This document shows, in pieces, positions 25,466-38,196 of a stretch of 64,000 bases of DNA. The first letter of the stretch is position 1, and each line of letters begins with the position of its first letter. The DNA is taken from assembly GCA_973895155.1 (NCBI GenBank), contig OZ316893.1, positions 27,352,210-27,416,209 of the forward strand. Reading direction: 5' to 3'. A program made the position numbers and the translations under genes. Source of the stretch: Marsupella aquatica. Its lineage: Eukaryota > Plantae > Marchantiophyta. The notes under the pieces were generated by a model. The model had not been told where the DNA came from. It made no database searches and was given only the letters and a program-made list of their open reading frames with translations.

Positions 25466-27443
25466 CTAGAATGGGGTCCTCCTACTCCTTGTCGCCGGCC
25501 TCTTCCCCTTGTCCCTCTTGCGACGATCCGGACGTGGCACAGGAGGTGGTGCTGGCTGCTCCTCCACATCTGGTTCCTCCTCGTCCTCGTCCTCATCCTC
25601 TTCCTCCCCCTCCTGCTGGGAAACTCCTCCTACTGGTCCAGATCCACTACTCCCTCCTACCTTGGGCCCCTTTGTCGTGGTCCCCTCATTGTTCTCATCG
25701 GTGCTACTGGTATCACTGGCATCCTCATCATCCTGTTTGCACAGCACAACGCCAAATTGGTTTAGGTTTACGGAATGAAAAGATAAGTGGATTGGGTGGG
25801 AAAAACTGAAGGGGATACATGCACTTACAATCGCCAACTCTGCGTCAACCAAGTCAAAGAGATGTTTGGCTCCATGCGCAGCTCCTATCTCCATCTCTTT
25901 TGCTGTTATCTTCCTGCGGTACCTCTTATACTACCACAACCAAACATTCCAAAACCAAAATAGATCGAGGTTAATATGCTATAAACCCAAGAAAAATGCA
26001 TGGAGGTGCTAATAGGGTGCCCCCTAACACAAAACTGGGCTCAATAACCCTTAGCGGTTTTTTTAAAACATAATACACACTTGCGAAACTCCCCACTTCG
26101 CAAATTCAAATAAATTGGCTGTTTGCGAAGTAGTTTGCGAAGCGAGTTATTTCGCAATAGCTTCGCATTTACAACTTTAAAAAAATGCCATGATAGACTT
26201 TGCGAAACATTTGCGAAGCAACCCGCATCGCAAAAGCTTCGCAAACTCTGTTTTTAAAAAATTCCGAGAAATCTCTAAGGCACGCAATGTGTCAGGGTGA
26301 CCTAAAGTACAAGGCAGGCCGTAAGAAAGAAACAAGAGGTATGCAGGGGGGGCATTGCAGGTTTGGATAGCAATTGAAAGCAAGGAAACAGAAGCAGGGG
26401 AGGAGAGGAGAGGGCCCACTCACAAAGTGTGCTTTGAGGCCGGGAAGTCCACCTTGGCCCATCTTGTGCGTGGTCTTGGGCCGTTTGCTGACTCGCTCAG
26501 CTGCAAGGATGAATTTTTGGGGTGGTGCACCCACTTCATCCACAATGTGCTACATGTGAGACACTTTCTCAGCCATTGCCTTGAGCTCTCGGTCGGACTT
26601 CCCGGCCTTCTGTGCCTTGGCTTCCATCTCCTTCCAGAAGAGAAGGTTCCTGGCAGCTCTCATCTGCACCTCCACTTTGTAAAAGGCATTCCACACGTCC
26701 TCAGTGAATTGCAGTGGCCTCCTCACGTTTTTGTACTCCTCCAAGTTTGCCAGGTAGGCCCTTACCTTCTTCCTATCATGGTACCGTGCTTGAGACATTG
26801 AATTGGAAATTCTATCTGCAAGCCACTGTTCATCAATCTCTGCTCCATTTCGAAATGAATCTTTGATTTGACTCATTACTTTCTTCTGGTCTGCCTTGCT
26901 GAGTTTCCCCCACTCAACTCCTCGTGCAAAATTGGAGCGCACCATAAGCCTGATAGTGCTCTTTGCCCCGGTGTAGGCCAGTTCAGTAGGAATGCCTTCG
27001 ATCAAGGCAATCATAGGCAGCTTCTTCCTCTCTTCCTCCTTCTTTCGCTGCTCCTCCCGCTGTGCTCTTATCTCATCTTGTTCCTCTCTCCTCCTCTTCT
27101 TTTCTAGGGCAACAGGTGAGACTACTCCTGCCTTGGCCCTCTCCTCCTTCTTACGCTTCTTCTCTCTTGCCTTCTGTTGAGCTGCACTCCTTTGCTCCTC
27201 CTCCCTTGCAATGTTCCCTGCATCTACTCCCGTTTGCAAGGCTTGCCCAAGGATTGCACTCAAAGAAGCAATCCCTGCTGGTGTAGTCAAATCTAAGTGG
27301 CTCAACTGTGCTGCATTGAGGTGCTCAGCCATCAAATCGGTCCATCGATTCCTCTCCTGCTCCCCATTGCCTTCATTCCCATTGCCACTCTCACTCACCC
27401 CTGCCCTATCACCTCCATTTGCTCCACTGGAATCCATAGCCAA
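25466..27443 (-). pseudogene. TnpA-like (Ptta/En-Spm) gene of CACTA-2, three exons, one in-frame TAG at 26550
   Basis: ORF 26550-27443 reads through the TAG into VDEVGAPP...HKMGQGGLPGLKAHF, followed by a GTGAGT donor. Further exons at ~25830-25930 and 25466-25735. Confidence 0.65.
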
Positions 27444-28728
27444 GCCACCCCCCGAGCGCGCGCGAGCTCCCTTCTCCCTCCCTACGCTTGAAATTTGTCA
27501 AATGCCGCTGAGTACGCCGCGGCCGAGTGCAAAAGTACAAGCGGGAAAGACTTGCGAAGCAACCCGTTTCGCAAGTTGCGATTCTTCTTGTTTCGCATAT
27601 AGTTTCTCAATTTTGCGAAACCATTGCGACGTGAAAGGCTTCGCAACACCTTCGCTCTCTCGCAGAAATGCTCTCGGGCTCTGTTTTTCTGAAGGTCTTG
27701 CGAAAGCAGTAGCTTCGCAAACGTCAATTCTAATTTGTGATGGTATTTGCGAAGGAAGCGGCTTCGCAAGACATTGGCAACTCGTCCTGGGGGAATGTTG
27801 GTTTCATTTGAAAGGGTTTTTTTCAAAGGTGAAGTGGACCCCTCTATACTCATATTTGGAATGTTTTTTGGCCATGTTTTGGGTGTTAGATAATAGTTGA
27901 AGGCGGGTTTGAAGGGTTAGGCAGATTTCAGGTTAATGGGTTATGTATGGTGTTGGTTTAGGCTAAGGTTTGGGTTTACATTAGTTTAGAAGAAATAATA
28001 AAGGTGTGGGATTTGGTTTACAAGAAATAAGTAAGGTTTGGTTTTAGGGTTTGGGGTTTTTAAATAGAAAGGTCTCTAGGGTTGAAGAAAGGTTTGGGTT
28101 TGTGTGTAAGTCAGATTTAGGTTTAATAGGTAGGATGCGGTTTGGGGTTGAAGGTTTGGATAAGACAAAGCAAGGTTTCATGAGATTTATATTGCAGCCT
28201 TTTGGGTTTAAGAGAGGTTCATTGGGTTTATGAATCAAAAGGGGATTGGCATGGGTTTTGCTAACAAAGGAGGGGAATATATGATAGCTTGCAGGGTGCG
28301 GCACTTTTTGATGATTTGATACTAATGCATATGCATTGTGAGAGCCCGGGCATCTGAAAGGTAAACATTGCATGATCGGCTAAAGTGTTCCTTTCATGTA
28401 CTTAACACTTTTGGTTGCCACTATGTATAAAGGGGACATGTATATAGGGTTTTTTGTTCTTGTCTGGTCCAGATTATTGTGCTTACATATACATGGAATG
28501 GTTGCAGCTTTTCCCTCATACTTTCAGATTGGGTTCATTAATTATCTTAGAGCCACAAGAGCTATTGGCACTGCTGAGCCCGGGTCTCATAAAGGTACCT
28601 TTTTTATTGCTATGGTCATTTTGGTTTGGGTTTCTTGTCATCATTATTTGGGAACTTTGATTTATATCATTTTGTGGTATGTTTTGGTCATAACATGCCC
28701 ATTTTAATTATATCTTGTTATAGGGGAT

Positions 28729-29881
28729 ATGTCTTCATCTTCTGAAATCTCCACCACAGACTCGTCCTCCTCTGATGAAGATACACCACCTCCACCTCAA
28801 CATCACACGACCGCACCTCCTCCTCGCGGTCCACCCCGTCAACTTTGTGAATGTTCCAGATGTGTGGGTCAGGTTTCCCAAAAATCTTACATATGTGCCC
28901 AACATATTGAGAGATATGGGCGTTGTGGACGTCATACGGCAGGGGCTTCTTCATCTCATATGGTAAGTGTTATGCCTTAGTTTTCCTACCCTATTCCCAT
29001 TACTCAATGGTTGAAGGTTTGCAATTTCACACCTACTTTTGTTTGTTTTGGTTTCGGTGGAATAGGTATCCAATAGGCCTAGACCTGCGGCACAAGCACC
29101 CTATGTCCCATCACAAGGTGTTCTAGATGCTATAGGCAATGCATTCTCAAAAGCCTTGGGTCTAGCGGCAAGGCCCACCAGTCCTAGGGAAGTTGGGGTT
29201 GAGGCTATTGTCCCAAGAGGGAGAAAGCGTTCCAAGAGGCGGGCCCGAGGGGATACTGATTTGTACAAGGCAGTGGTTACGGGTCGGTGGGGTGATTGTG
29301 AGTTCACTGGCAGATGTGTCCCTATCATCAAGGACTGGGATCCTGAGACTCTTGGTTTGCCACAACAGCTTTCCTACGGTGCGGAGGTAGAGGTTTGGGG
29401 TAGACGTTGGGTTATCAAACCTTCCACACTTGGGGATAGACATGGCTATGGAGTTTTTGCCTGTGAGGACATCATTGTGGACGCCGAGAGTGGTAGAGGT
29501 GGACGCGGCCGAGAGGGGCCTACTTTGTTTCCTTATGGTGGACCCATCTACAAGAGAAGACATTGGAACATGATCCTTGCACAACACCCTGAGTGGAAGA
29601 CTTATGCATTGGACATGGATACTTTTGATGGAAACACTAGAAGGTATAGTGAGCAGCGTGTCATAGATGGGGACCCCATACGGACTGGGAATATTGCTGG
29701 TTTCATAAACAGTACCGTGGGGACTCGCCCTAAGCATAGGCAAAATTGTGAGTGGGTTTTCATTGAGGGTCCTCCGCCAGCACCTTATGGCCAGACATAT
29801 CATCATGACCATTGCCTAGTTGTAGCAACAAGGACCATTAACTCAGGGGATGAGTTATTTACTCACTATGAGTGGGATTAG
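28729..29881 (+). CDS. Zn-finger + SET-domain protein, join(28729-28962, 29066-29881), 349 aa
   Basis: SET motifs: KPSTL..HGYGVFACEDI, PYGG, IDG, GNIAGFINS, NCEW, VVATRTINSGDELFTHY. Phase-0 GTAAGT...ATAG intron. No stops. Confidence 0.85.
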
Positions 29882-32800
29882 GGTTAAGTTAAGGGTCATA
29901 GGTGGTATGTTGCATATCAAAGGGCACTACATATGGCCTTTGGCCACATTTTGTATTTGCACCACAACCAATATTATTTCATTTTTGCACACCCCTAGCC
30001 CATTTTTGTGTGTGTTCTCTTTGCAATATAACTTTCAATTGTTTGCTTTGTTTTTAGAATGTGCGACCCTCTCCAAATATGTTACCACGGAGATTGAGAG
30101 CAACATATCGAGAAATGGGTATGCCAGAAGAAGGACATGGATCAGAGTCACACTCCTCATCAAGTGCTAGTGGAAGCAGTAACCCTGATGAAGAGGTACC
30201 TCGGATGGATGAACAAGTAACTGATGACCAGGATAGAGCCATGGATGACTTTATGGTTGATTGGTTTGGTGCCGACAACCTTGGTGATGACCTTCCCAAT
30301 GAAGGGCAGGTGCCCCCCAATGATCCACGCCCAAGGCATACCCCTGAGGGACAACGCCAATGGGAAGAAGCAGAGGAACATGCCCGAACACCTATCTATG
30401 AGGGTGCTCGTTTGAGTCGTCTTTCAGCCATCTTGGGGTTGATGAACCTACAGGCCAAACACAAGGCAAGCAATGCCTTGTTATCTGATATGTTTGCACT
30501 TTGCCATGACCTTATGTTGCCCACTGAGAATGTGTTGCCAGCAACTTGGAAGGAGGCAAAGAGTGTTCTCTCATCTATTGGCATGGAATATCATATTGTT
30601 CATGCATGTGTGAATGATTGCATGTTATTTCATGGGGCCAATGCAAACATGACACAATGTACAACATGTGATGAGCCTCGCTATGACCCCAACATGCTAA
30701 CAAAGAAGGTGCCAAGGAAGGCTGTTCGTTGGTTTCCCATCATTCCTCGGTTGTTGCACATGTATCGGTGTTCTGACTTGGCAGAGTTGATGGTATGGCA
30801 TAAGACTCATCGATCAGAGTCTGGTGTCATGCGGTTGCCAGTTGACTCCCCTGCTCACAAACATATTGAGGCAACATGGCCAGACTTTGCACATGATCCT
30901 CGCCATGTGAGGCTAGGATTGGCATCTGATGGAGTTAGCCCTCATTCACTTGGAGGAAAGGGGCAACCTACATCAGTTTGGCCTGTGGTTGTCATGAATT
31001 ATAACCTCCCACCATGGCTATCCATGAAGAAGGGGTTCCTTTTATTGTCTTTGATTATCCCAGGTCCAAAAAAGGTGAAGAACTTTGACACTTACTTGGC
31101 ACTATTGGTTGGAGAACTTCAAAAATTATGGAATGGAGTGTGGGCATATGATGGCAGGAAAATTACAGGAGGTTTTCCACGTGTCTTTCAATTGAGAGGG
31201 ATCATTTGTTGGACAATGCATGACTATCCTGGTAAGATGACTTCCATGCCATTTGCAACCCTTCAATAATGTGTAGTTCCTATTGATGTTTCTCATGTGA
31301 CAACCCTAACATAAAGTTTGCATGGTTTGATTTCTTCTATGTAAGCAGGGTTTGGTTTTGTCTCTGGATTGCAAACTCAGGGGTACAAAGCTTGCTCTAC
31401 TTGTGGCCCAAGCTTAGAGGACATGGCCACATATTGTTCATGGATTAGAAAGATTGTTTATATTGGGCATACAAAGTTTCTTCCCATGGGGCATGAGATG
31501 AGGTTTGACCCACTTCTATTCTCCTCCTTTGACATGCCATTTGGTGATGAGCGTGAAATTCCTGATGCAACAAGTTTTGCACATTGGAAGTCACTAGCTA
31601 ATAGGGTGGCAGACCCAAATGATTCCTTCACCTTTGATAGGACAGGTTTGACCAGGTGGAGTATACTAGCCACTTTGCCCTATTGGTCTGAGTTGAAGAT
31701 CCGCCATCTTTTAGACCCCATGCACATAGAGGGAAATGTGGGGAAGGCTTTGATAAAGCATTTTTATGGGGAGAAGGACACTAATTTTAGGGAGGCATGC
31801 GAGGAGATGGAAATGCATCCAGATGTTTGGGTGACAATTGATCCTATCACAGGTGTGGAGAATCGTCCTTCTGCTCCTTGGGTGTTGAGTGTTGGCCAAA
31901 GACGTGAATTTCGGAACCGTATAGGAGAGATGCGGTTTCCTACAGGCTATGGTGCCAACCTTCGAAAAGCTTTTGGGATGGAGGACAATCACAAGTGGCC
32001 ACGATATCTGAAGACACATGACTATCATCGCCTATTGCAGCATATATTGCCAGTGGCAATTATAGGTATAGGGAGTGAAGAAGTGCAAGATGCCATCTGG
32101 TCATTGGGTCGTTTGTTGAGATGGATATGCTCAAAGGAGATATATGTAGAAGAGATCCCTGGGATGGAGGTATTGGCAGCTGAGGTGGTATGCAAGTTGG
32201 AGAAAGCCCTTCCTCCTTCCTTCTTTGATTGTCAGGTTCATTTACTTGTGCATCTTGTGCGGGAGGTTGCTATTGCAGGTCCAGTGCATTGTAGATGGAT
32301 GTATTGGCTTGAGCGTTACATGGCGGTGTTGAAGGCTTATGTACGTAACCGTGCACGGGTGGAGGGAAGCATAGCTACAGGATACTTGGCAGCAGAGAGT
32401 ATGTTTTATTGTAGTAACATCTTGGCCACCATTGATCCTACTTGTCCACGTACTTGGATGGAGGAAAGAGAAGAGGAGGAGGACCGTTTAACAGGTGCCA
32501 CAAAAACACGCATGTTGACATCAACAGAGTGGTCACAGTTGACAACATTTATGTTGAGTAATAGTAATATCATGGAGAAATGGAGAGAGTTTTATGAGAA
32601 TGCCAAGAGAACAAGTCAAAGAGTAAGAATTTTTCCTAAGATGCATGAGTATATGAAGCAAAAGTTGCTTGAGTTGGATGACATGGTGACACAAGGAGGA
32701 GATGTGTCCCACTTTCCTACCATCACAGATGACGTTCGGACCATTGTTCATGGCCCTTTGAGAGTGGTGACATCCAAGACGGCTATGTGGACACAAGGGA

Positions 32801-33548
32801 GACACTTCAGGTCCACTAGTACCTAACCTTTCTTCCTCTATTAATTCATGTAGACCTTATTTTGATTAGTTATTTCTATTGTTTAAAAACTTTCTATTAT
32901 CATTAATGACATCCATAACTGTAATGTTGGCTTCTATATTTATGCCATAGGCCATGTGGGTTTTGGCTATTTAGGGATGGGTGTCATATTTTGATGATTA
33001 TTACATTAATGGTATCTTTTACAGTGTAATAAAAATTTGTGGGTTTTGTTAATTTTAGGGTTTCTTCCCTTGATGAGAAGAGGGGTCGTACTTTTGATTG
33101 TGGAGTTCAAGGGGAATTTTCTCAAGACTCCAGAAGCAGCCGCCATGACAGGAACATTGTTAGAGATGTTGTGCCACACTATGGGAAGATAGAGGAGATC
33201 TTGGTGGTATCATATGACAACCATTCAAAGTTTGAGGAATATGTCTTCAAGTGCAAGTGGTTCAAAGTGAACCTTGTTGGTCAAAATTGCACTGTACTTC
33301 AAGATGAGAGTGGGTTTACACGGTTGAAGACAAGTGCCACTAGTGTTCAAGCATCTCATTGGCAAACGTCAGAACCATTTGCTTTCCCATCACACTTGGA
33401 GCAATGTTTCTACATTCCATACCCCTTAGACACCGAGTGGTCAATTGTCATCACCTATGTGCCACGTTCTCGTTCCATTGTTTCTGAGAAGCCAGATGTT
33501 ATTGTATCAGACCTAGATGACCTTGAGGCCGATGAGGACCAAGTGTGA
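28729..33548 (+). CDS. CACTA TnpD/TNP2 transposase, apparently intact: join(28729-28962, 30058-31231, 31349-32810, 33059-33548), ~1119 aa
   Basis: HACVNDCMLF; RHVRLGLASDGVSP; YNLPPWL; HDYPG; LDPMHIEGN; KTHDYH; LPPSFFD..HLLVHL; WMYWLERY; FKCKWF; EPF. All introns are GT-AG and phase-compatible (3360 nt total). Confidence 0.9.
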
Positions 33549-34509
33549 GGGACATATTTATATGCACTTGGGTCCAGCCTAGACATTTGTTCATGTTATA
33601 TTTGATTTGTTCATGTTTGGTGATATAAAAAAAAGGATTGTCTATATTTATATTTGCCATTCACTTTTGAATGAGTCATACTCATGACATATGTATTGTA
33701 TTGTTTTATTGTGATCACTTGTGAATTTTACATGCAACTTTCTATCTAACCTCTGTTGCTCAATATAACTTTATTTCCTACTTATTCCATAATTTTCATT
33801 CTCACCCTCGTGTTCCCCTCCTCCGTGGTACGTCTGTCCCTCCTCCTCCCTTCCTCTTTCTGCTCCCTCCTTCCTCTTCCATTGTACTCCCTCCCTTTTC
33901 CATCCTTCATTGTACCTCCCTCCATCCTCCCTTCCTCTTCCCTCCTGCCCCATCCATATATTGGACCATCCACCCTTTTCATTGTCTCACCTCACAATAA
34001 CCTTAATTTTTAGTTTGCGAACAATTTGCGAAGCTCACAAACTCTCACCGGACTTGCAATTTATATGAAGCTTCTCGTTTCTCAATATTTCCATACTACA
34101 CTCTTCGCAAACTTGTGATGCAAAATCAATCACAACTTTCATATTTTCAGCGTTTCGCAAATCTTCCATCCTCCGACATTCTTAAACTTGTCAAACAACT
34201 ACTATCGCAAAAAATTTTCAATCCAATATTCTTCGCAAATATTTACATGAGTTAGTTTCGGAGTCGGCGAGCGATTTTTCCGTCTTCGGAAGGTGCCTTT
34301 CCATTCGACGCATTTCGGTAAAAATTGCAAAACCACTTACTTCGCAATTTATTAGCGATATAATGCGCTTCAGCTATTATATTTGCGATAGGGATAGAAT
34401 CGCAAATTGCGATGCGGGTTGATTCACAAAATATGCAAAGCGCCGCCCATCGGAAATACAAGAGCGTCGACAAAAATACCTTCGCAAAAGTGTCAAATAT
34501 GTTGTAGTG

Positions 34510-34619
34510 ATTAGTATCTTTTGAGCTACTATCATTTGAAGATAGAGTGGGATTTCTCGGATCACTAAAGAGATGACTATAGCTACTCTCGCCCTCATTT
34601 GTTTCCAAACATTCTGATA
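34510..34619 (-). pseudogene. Middle fragment of transposase A gene between CACTA-2 and the solo LTR
   Basis: SECLETNEGESS...SSKDTN joins in frame to GSILEVAKRQ (24779 leftwards) and to QAIAQVV (37160 rightwards) once the TSDs are collapsed. Confidence 0.85.
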
Positions 34620-37154
34620 TGTGACGGGGTCCCGCCACGGTAAGTCACCATTAGTGTCACCAGCAAGACACTTGTAAATAAATAAGCCCATAGACGCGAG
34701 TTTTTTTTAATGTTCTTTAAGTTTGTAAAGTTTTTTAAAGCATCTCGGGATAGTCGGAGACCCCAACAGTTTTGTCTAGACCCGGGTTAATTATGGGGCA
34801 AAACCTGGGGGGTTTAATTAAACCCCCATTAAATCCTTCCGCGAGTGGGCAGCGAGGAAGGGGGGCTCCGCGAGTGACCGGGCAGGGGGGCTGCGAGCCC
34901 TGCATAGGGCCGCGAGCCCGCGAGGACGTGAGCTACGGGGAAGGGGGACTCCCGCGAGTCGGGTGTCGTGCGCATAAACATCGCTACACAACAGAGTTTT
35001 GGTGGGGAGACACCCACAGGCCACGGCTTGTAGCCGATTCATCTTGGTTGGGTGGGTTGGCACCCACAGCCCATGGCCTGTGGCCTCTTGCGGTTTGGTT
35101 GCGTGGGTAGTCACCCACAGCCCACGGCCTGTGGCTGATTCATCTTCAAGAATAATCGAACTACGATTGATGCCAATCAAACACACAATCTTGTCTGACG
35201 CGATCACACACTTATGTCAAGCCAAACGCACCTTGCGCCTCAAGGAGGTGATCAAGGCCAAGGAGGGGACCATTCATGAGAAGGTTAAGCTTCTCCAAGC
35301 AGCTCACGTAGAGATCTCCAACTTGAAGGGAGCCTTGTCCACCAAGGCCAAGGAAGCAGAAGAGGTGGGAGCGTTGAGACAAGCATTGGCCAAAGAGAAG
35401 CAGAATTCTGGAGAAGTGGTGGAGTGGAGAAACCAGGTGGGAGCACTACGGAGTCAGGTGGCCGCCTTTGAGACACGAGCGATGAGGAGTGAGGCCTTGA
35501 GTCTGGGGAAACGGAAGAGCCCCGACACACCTAGCTCCACACTTTCCCCGGATTTGATCTCCCAGGCTATTGAGATGGTGGTGAAGGAGGTTAGTGGGAA
35601 GTATGGGCCCTTGTTGGATGGAGTCAAGAAGAGTCAGGAGAAGAGCAAGGGCTTGGAGAAGAAGCTCCGGGAGGTACGGAAATCGTTACGGGAGGCTCAG
35701 GTCAGTACGGGGATGCCACCCAGGTCTGTCACCCCCGGGACTCCCATGGCCACAGGGCAAGTTCTACCGTTGGAGTTGCGGTCCGGAGAAGAGGCTACCC
35801 TATGGAAAGACACCATTGGTGAGGGGTACATCAAGGCGTGGCAGGCCTTGGCCACTTTGAGGAAGCAAGGGAGCGGCAGCACGAAGAGTACCCCGGTAAA
35901 GAAGAAGAAAAGTGAGGTGGCACTCACTCCCGTGAGTGATGAAGAGGAGGCCCACTCACGGGGCACAAGCCGGGGCACCGAGAGTGAAGAAGAGGAGGAG
36001 TAGATAGTCGTACGGATGTGGTTGTACGGCCTCTGGATTTCCAAATTTTTTGTGAGGGGTCACTCACGGGCTTGTTGGAAAGAGCTCGCGGAGCTGATTC
36101 CAACAAGAGGCGGCGCTCCTCAAACGGAGCCAGGATGAGCAAGTTATGGCCCGGCGAAATTGTGTTTTCGTGATACGGAAACGACCATAACTCAGGCGTC
36201 CGATGTCCGTTGCGAGTGCGGCTGAGTGATTCGGGATCAAGAGGAGAAGGGCTATCCAAGGGTGAGCTCAAAAGTACAATTGATAGGGAACCTAGTTTCG
36301 GCCATTGTGGGGTGCCTTGCAATTTCAGGGTTCACTGTGTACAGTTGGGGCACCGTCGAAGGCACCGTCGGCCCCTTGTTTATGGTTTAGGGTTTTAGCA
36401 GCATGTGTGTGCCGCATGCCTTTTTAGTTTAGGGATTTCTTAGTGCAGGGTTTTAGCGGCGCCGCTAGGGTAGCCGCCATCGTTGTGACCCCATGAGGGG
36501 TGCTTTGGTGTGGTTTTTTTTTGGTATTTAGGGGGAGAGCCCCGAAGTAGTGAGGGGGAACTCAGCGTAGTACTTGGAGTAGCTTTTGTGAGTAGCGCAC
36601 CGATTAGGAGAAGTTCAAGCCAGAGTAGTGAGGTGGAGAACGTAGGACTTGTCCCCGGGAGGCAGGAGTTGGGCAGACGGCAGGAGGCCGGGTTGTCCTT
36701 GCATGTGTTACGGGAAACACCAAGAGATATGGATTTGGCTTGAGGTTCCAATATTTTGTGTGTCACTTGTTGTTGCTTGTGTTGTTTGTTTTCCTCCCCT
36801 AGTGCGTGTGGTCGGTGTCGTTGTGGAAACATTTGCCCTTGTCACTAGTGTTCAAATCTTATTGTAAATGTTGGTATGCTTGCCCAAGAGAGGAGGGGGG
36901 TGGTGACAGCACTCACCCGGTGGGCATGAGTTGTAGATGGTAGGACCAGTCCCTTGGACTTGATCAAAAACGGAGAGACCAGTCGGTAGACTTGATCAAA
37001 AAGTACACTTCCGGGAGCGGAATCAAACATACTCATCCTTAGGTGTGGAAATCCTCCAAATAGCGTCCCTCCACGACCCCGTAATACGATACCAACGGTT
37101 TAAGCAAGGAAAAGTACGGTTTGCACGTATTAATCGTTGGATAGGCAAGTGACA
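34620..37154 (+). mobile_element. Solo LTR (Gypsy-type), 2535 bp
   Basis: TG...CA ends; 5-bp TSD TGATA at 34615-34619 and 37155-37159. Homologous blocks shared with the LTR at 41284-43354. Confidence 0.9.
34999..36003 (+). CDS. Coiled-coil ORF inside the solo LTR
   Basis: Long open frame with heptad-like K/E/L-rich stretch, KKKK and acidic tail; first ATG ~35170. Confidence 0.45.
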   Translation: MVGRHPQATACSRFILVGWVGTHSPWPVASCGLVAWVVTHSPRPVADSSSRIIELRLMPIKHTILSDAITHLCQAKRTLRLKEVIKAKEGTIHEKVKLLQAAHVEISNLKGALSTKAKEAEEVGALRQALAKEKQNSGEVVEWRNQVGALRSQVAAFETRAMRSEALSLGKRKSPDTPSSTLSPDLISQAIEMVVKEVSGKYGPLLDGVKKSQEKSKGLEKKLREVRKSLREAQVSTGMPPRSVTPGTPMATGQVLPLELRSGEEATLWKDTIGEGYIKAWQALATLRKQGSGSTKSTPVKKKKSEVALTPVSDEEEAHSRGTSRGTESEEEEE

Positions 37155-38196
37155 TGATACAACTTGTGCAATGGCTTGCGACTGTCTATTTTCCTCAACA
37201 TCTTCCTCCTCACTTGACTCATCAGAAAACACTATTGGACTTCTTGGTTCTCTGTACATAATTTGGACTCCGCTAAAACTAGTGAGGCCTTGTCTAGCAA
37301 CTTGAAGACGTCTAATTGGCTGTCTAGAAACACTCCTAGTTGCAGAAGTGGGTCTGGCGGTCATCAATGGTGTGTCTTGATTGTTCCCCAAACTTGTATT
37401 GTGTACACGAGTGGCTGCCATTGGTCCATTGATTGGAGAAGCATCGAATAATCGTTGTACACATCTCCCCACTGCAATTTGATATTGCGCAGATTCTGGA
37501 CTTTGTAGTCCGTTGTCTTTCCTGTTGCTGGGAACCAGTTCTCTTTGACGCAATGCAGACGGCGATCCACGTATCGTTGTGTGTATTGTACCTTGCGTTC
37601 TCACGTCTGTCCCAAGAAATATCCTTCGCTGCACCTGTGGCAAAACTGATTCCCTCAAAGGCAATGCAAATGGCGATACACGTATTGCTGTTTGCATTCG
37701 ACCTTCTCTTCTCTCCTCTGGCACCTGTTGGAAACCGGGTTGGAAACTTGAAGCGTCAATTGGAGATCCCAATCTCGTTGCCGATACACGTATCGTCTTC
37801 TTGATTCCTTCACCATACCCAGGGATAGACGGTCTAAATTGACGTCTAGAACCTAAACCTTGGATAGAAAGCTTTTGCATCCAAGGGGAGGGAATGTTTA
37901 GGAGCCGACGTTTATCAGGTTTACTAGGTGACACATAGTAAGCCCCAGGTTCTGGTTCAGAACTTCCATCAGAATCAGAGTCCGATATTTCGGGTACACT
38001 CTGTTGAGAAACTGGGAGTAATTTGCGAATATGATTTGGCAAACATCGACGACCATGAGGACCATCATTGGGGGAGGACTCAACTGAACTGGAGGGCGAC
38101 CACTCTTTAGATATGGCTAACGTATAACTAACTCTATACTGGTGGGCATTCCTGTCACAAAATGCTCTTACGCTCAAAAAACTCAAATAGATGCAT
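37155..38196 (-). pseudogene. N-terminal part of transposase A gene (low-complexity, three internal IRVS-type repeats)
   Basis: ORF 37023-38186 continues in frame across the LTR TSD. Possible ATG at 38196 if one T is removed from a T-run. Confidence 0.7.

Larger units (their letters stand above)
24783..34509 (+). mobile_element. CACTA DNA transposon, CACTA-2, 9.7 kb
   Basis: Termini CACTACAACA (24783) and TGTTGTAGTG (34509). TSD ATT at 24780-24782 and 34510-34512. TTGCGAA/TTCGCAA subterminal motifs. Confidence 0.97.

Noticed and set aside
27900-28270. Telomere-like GGGTTT/TTTAGGG-rich tract
   Set aside because: Degenerate and not tandem; common in plant promoters and transposon interiors.
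33790-33960. Polypyrimidine tract and its ORFs
   Set aside because: Low-complexity sequence with no supportable function.
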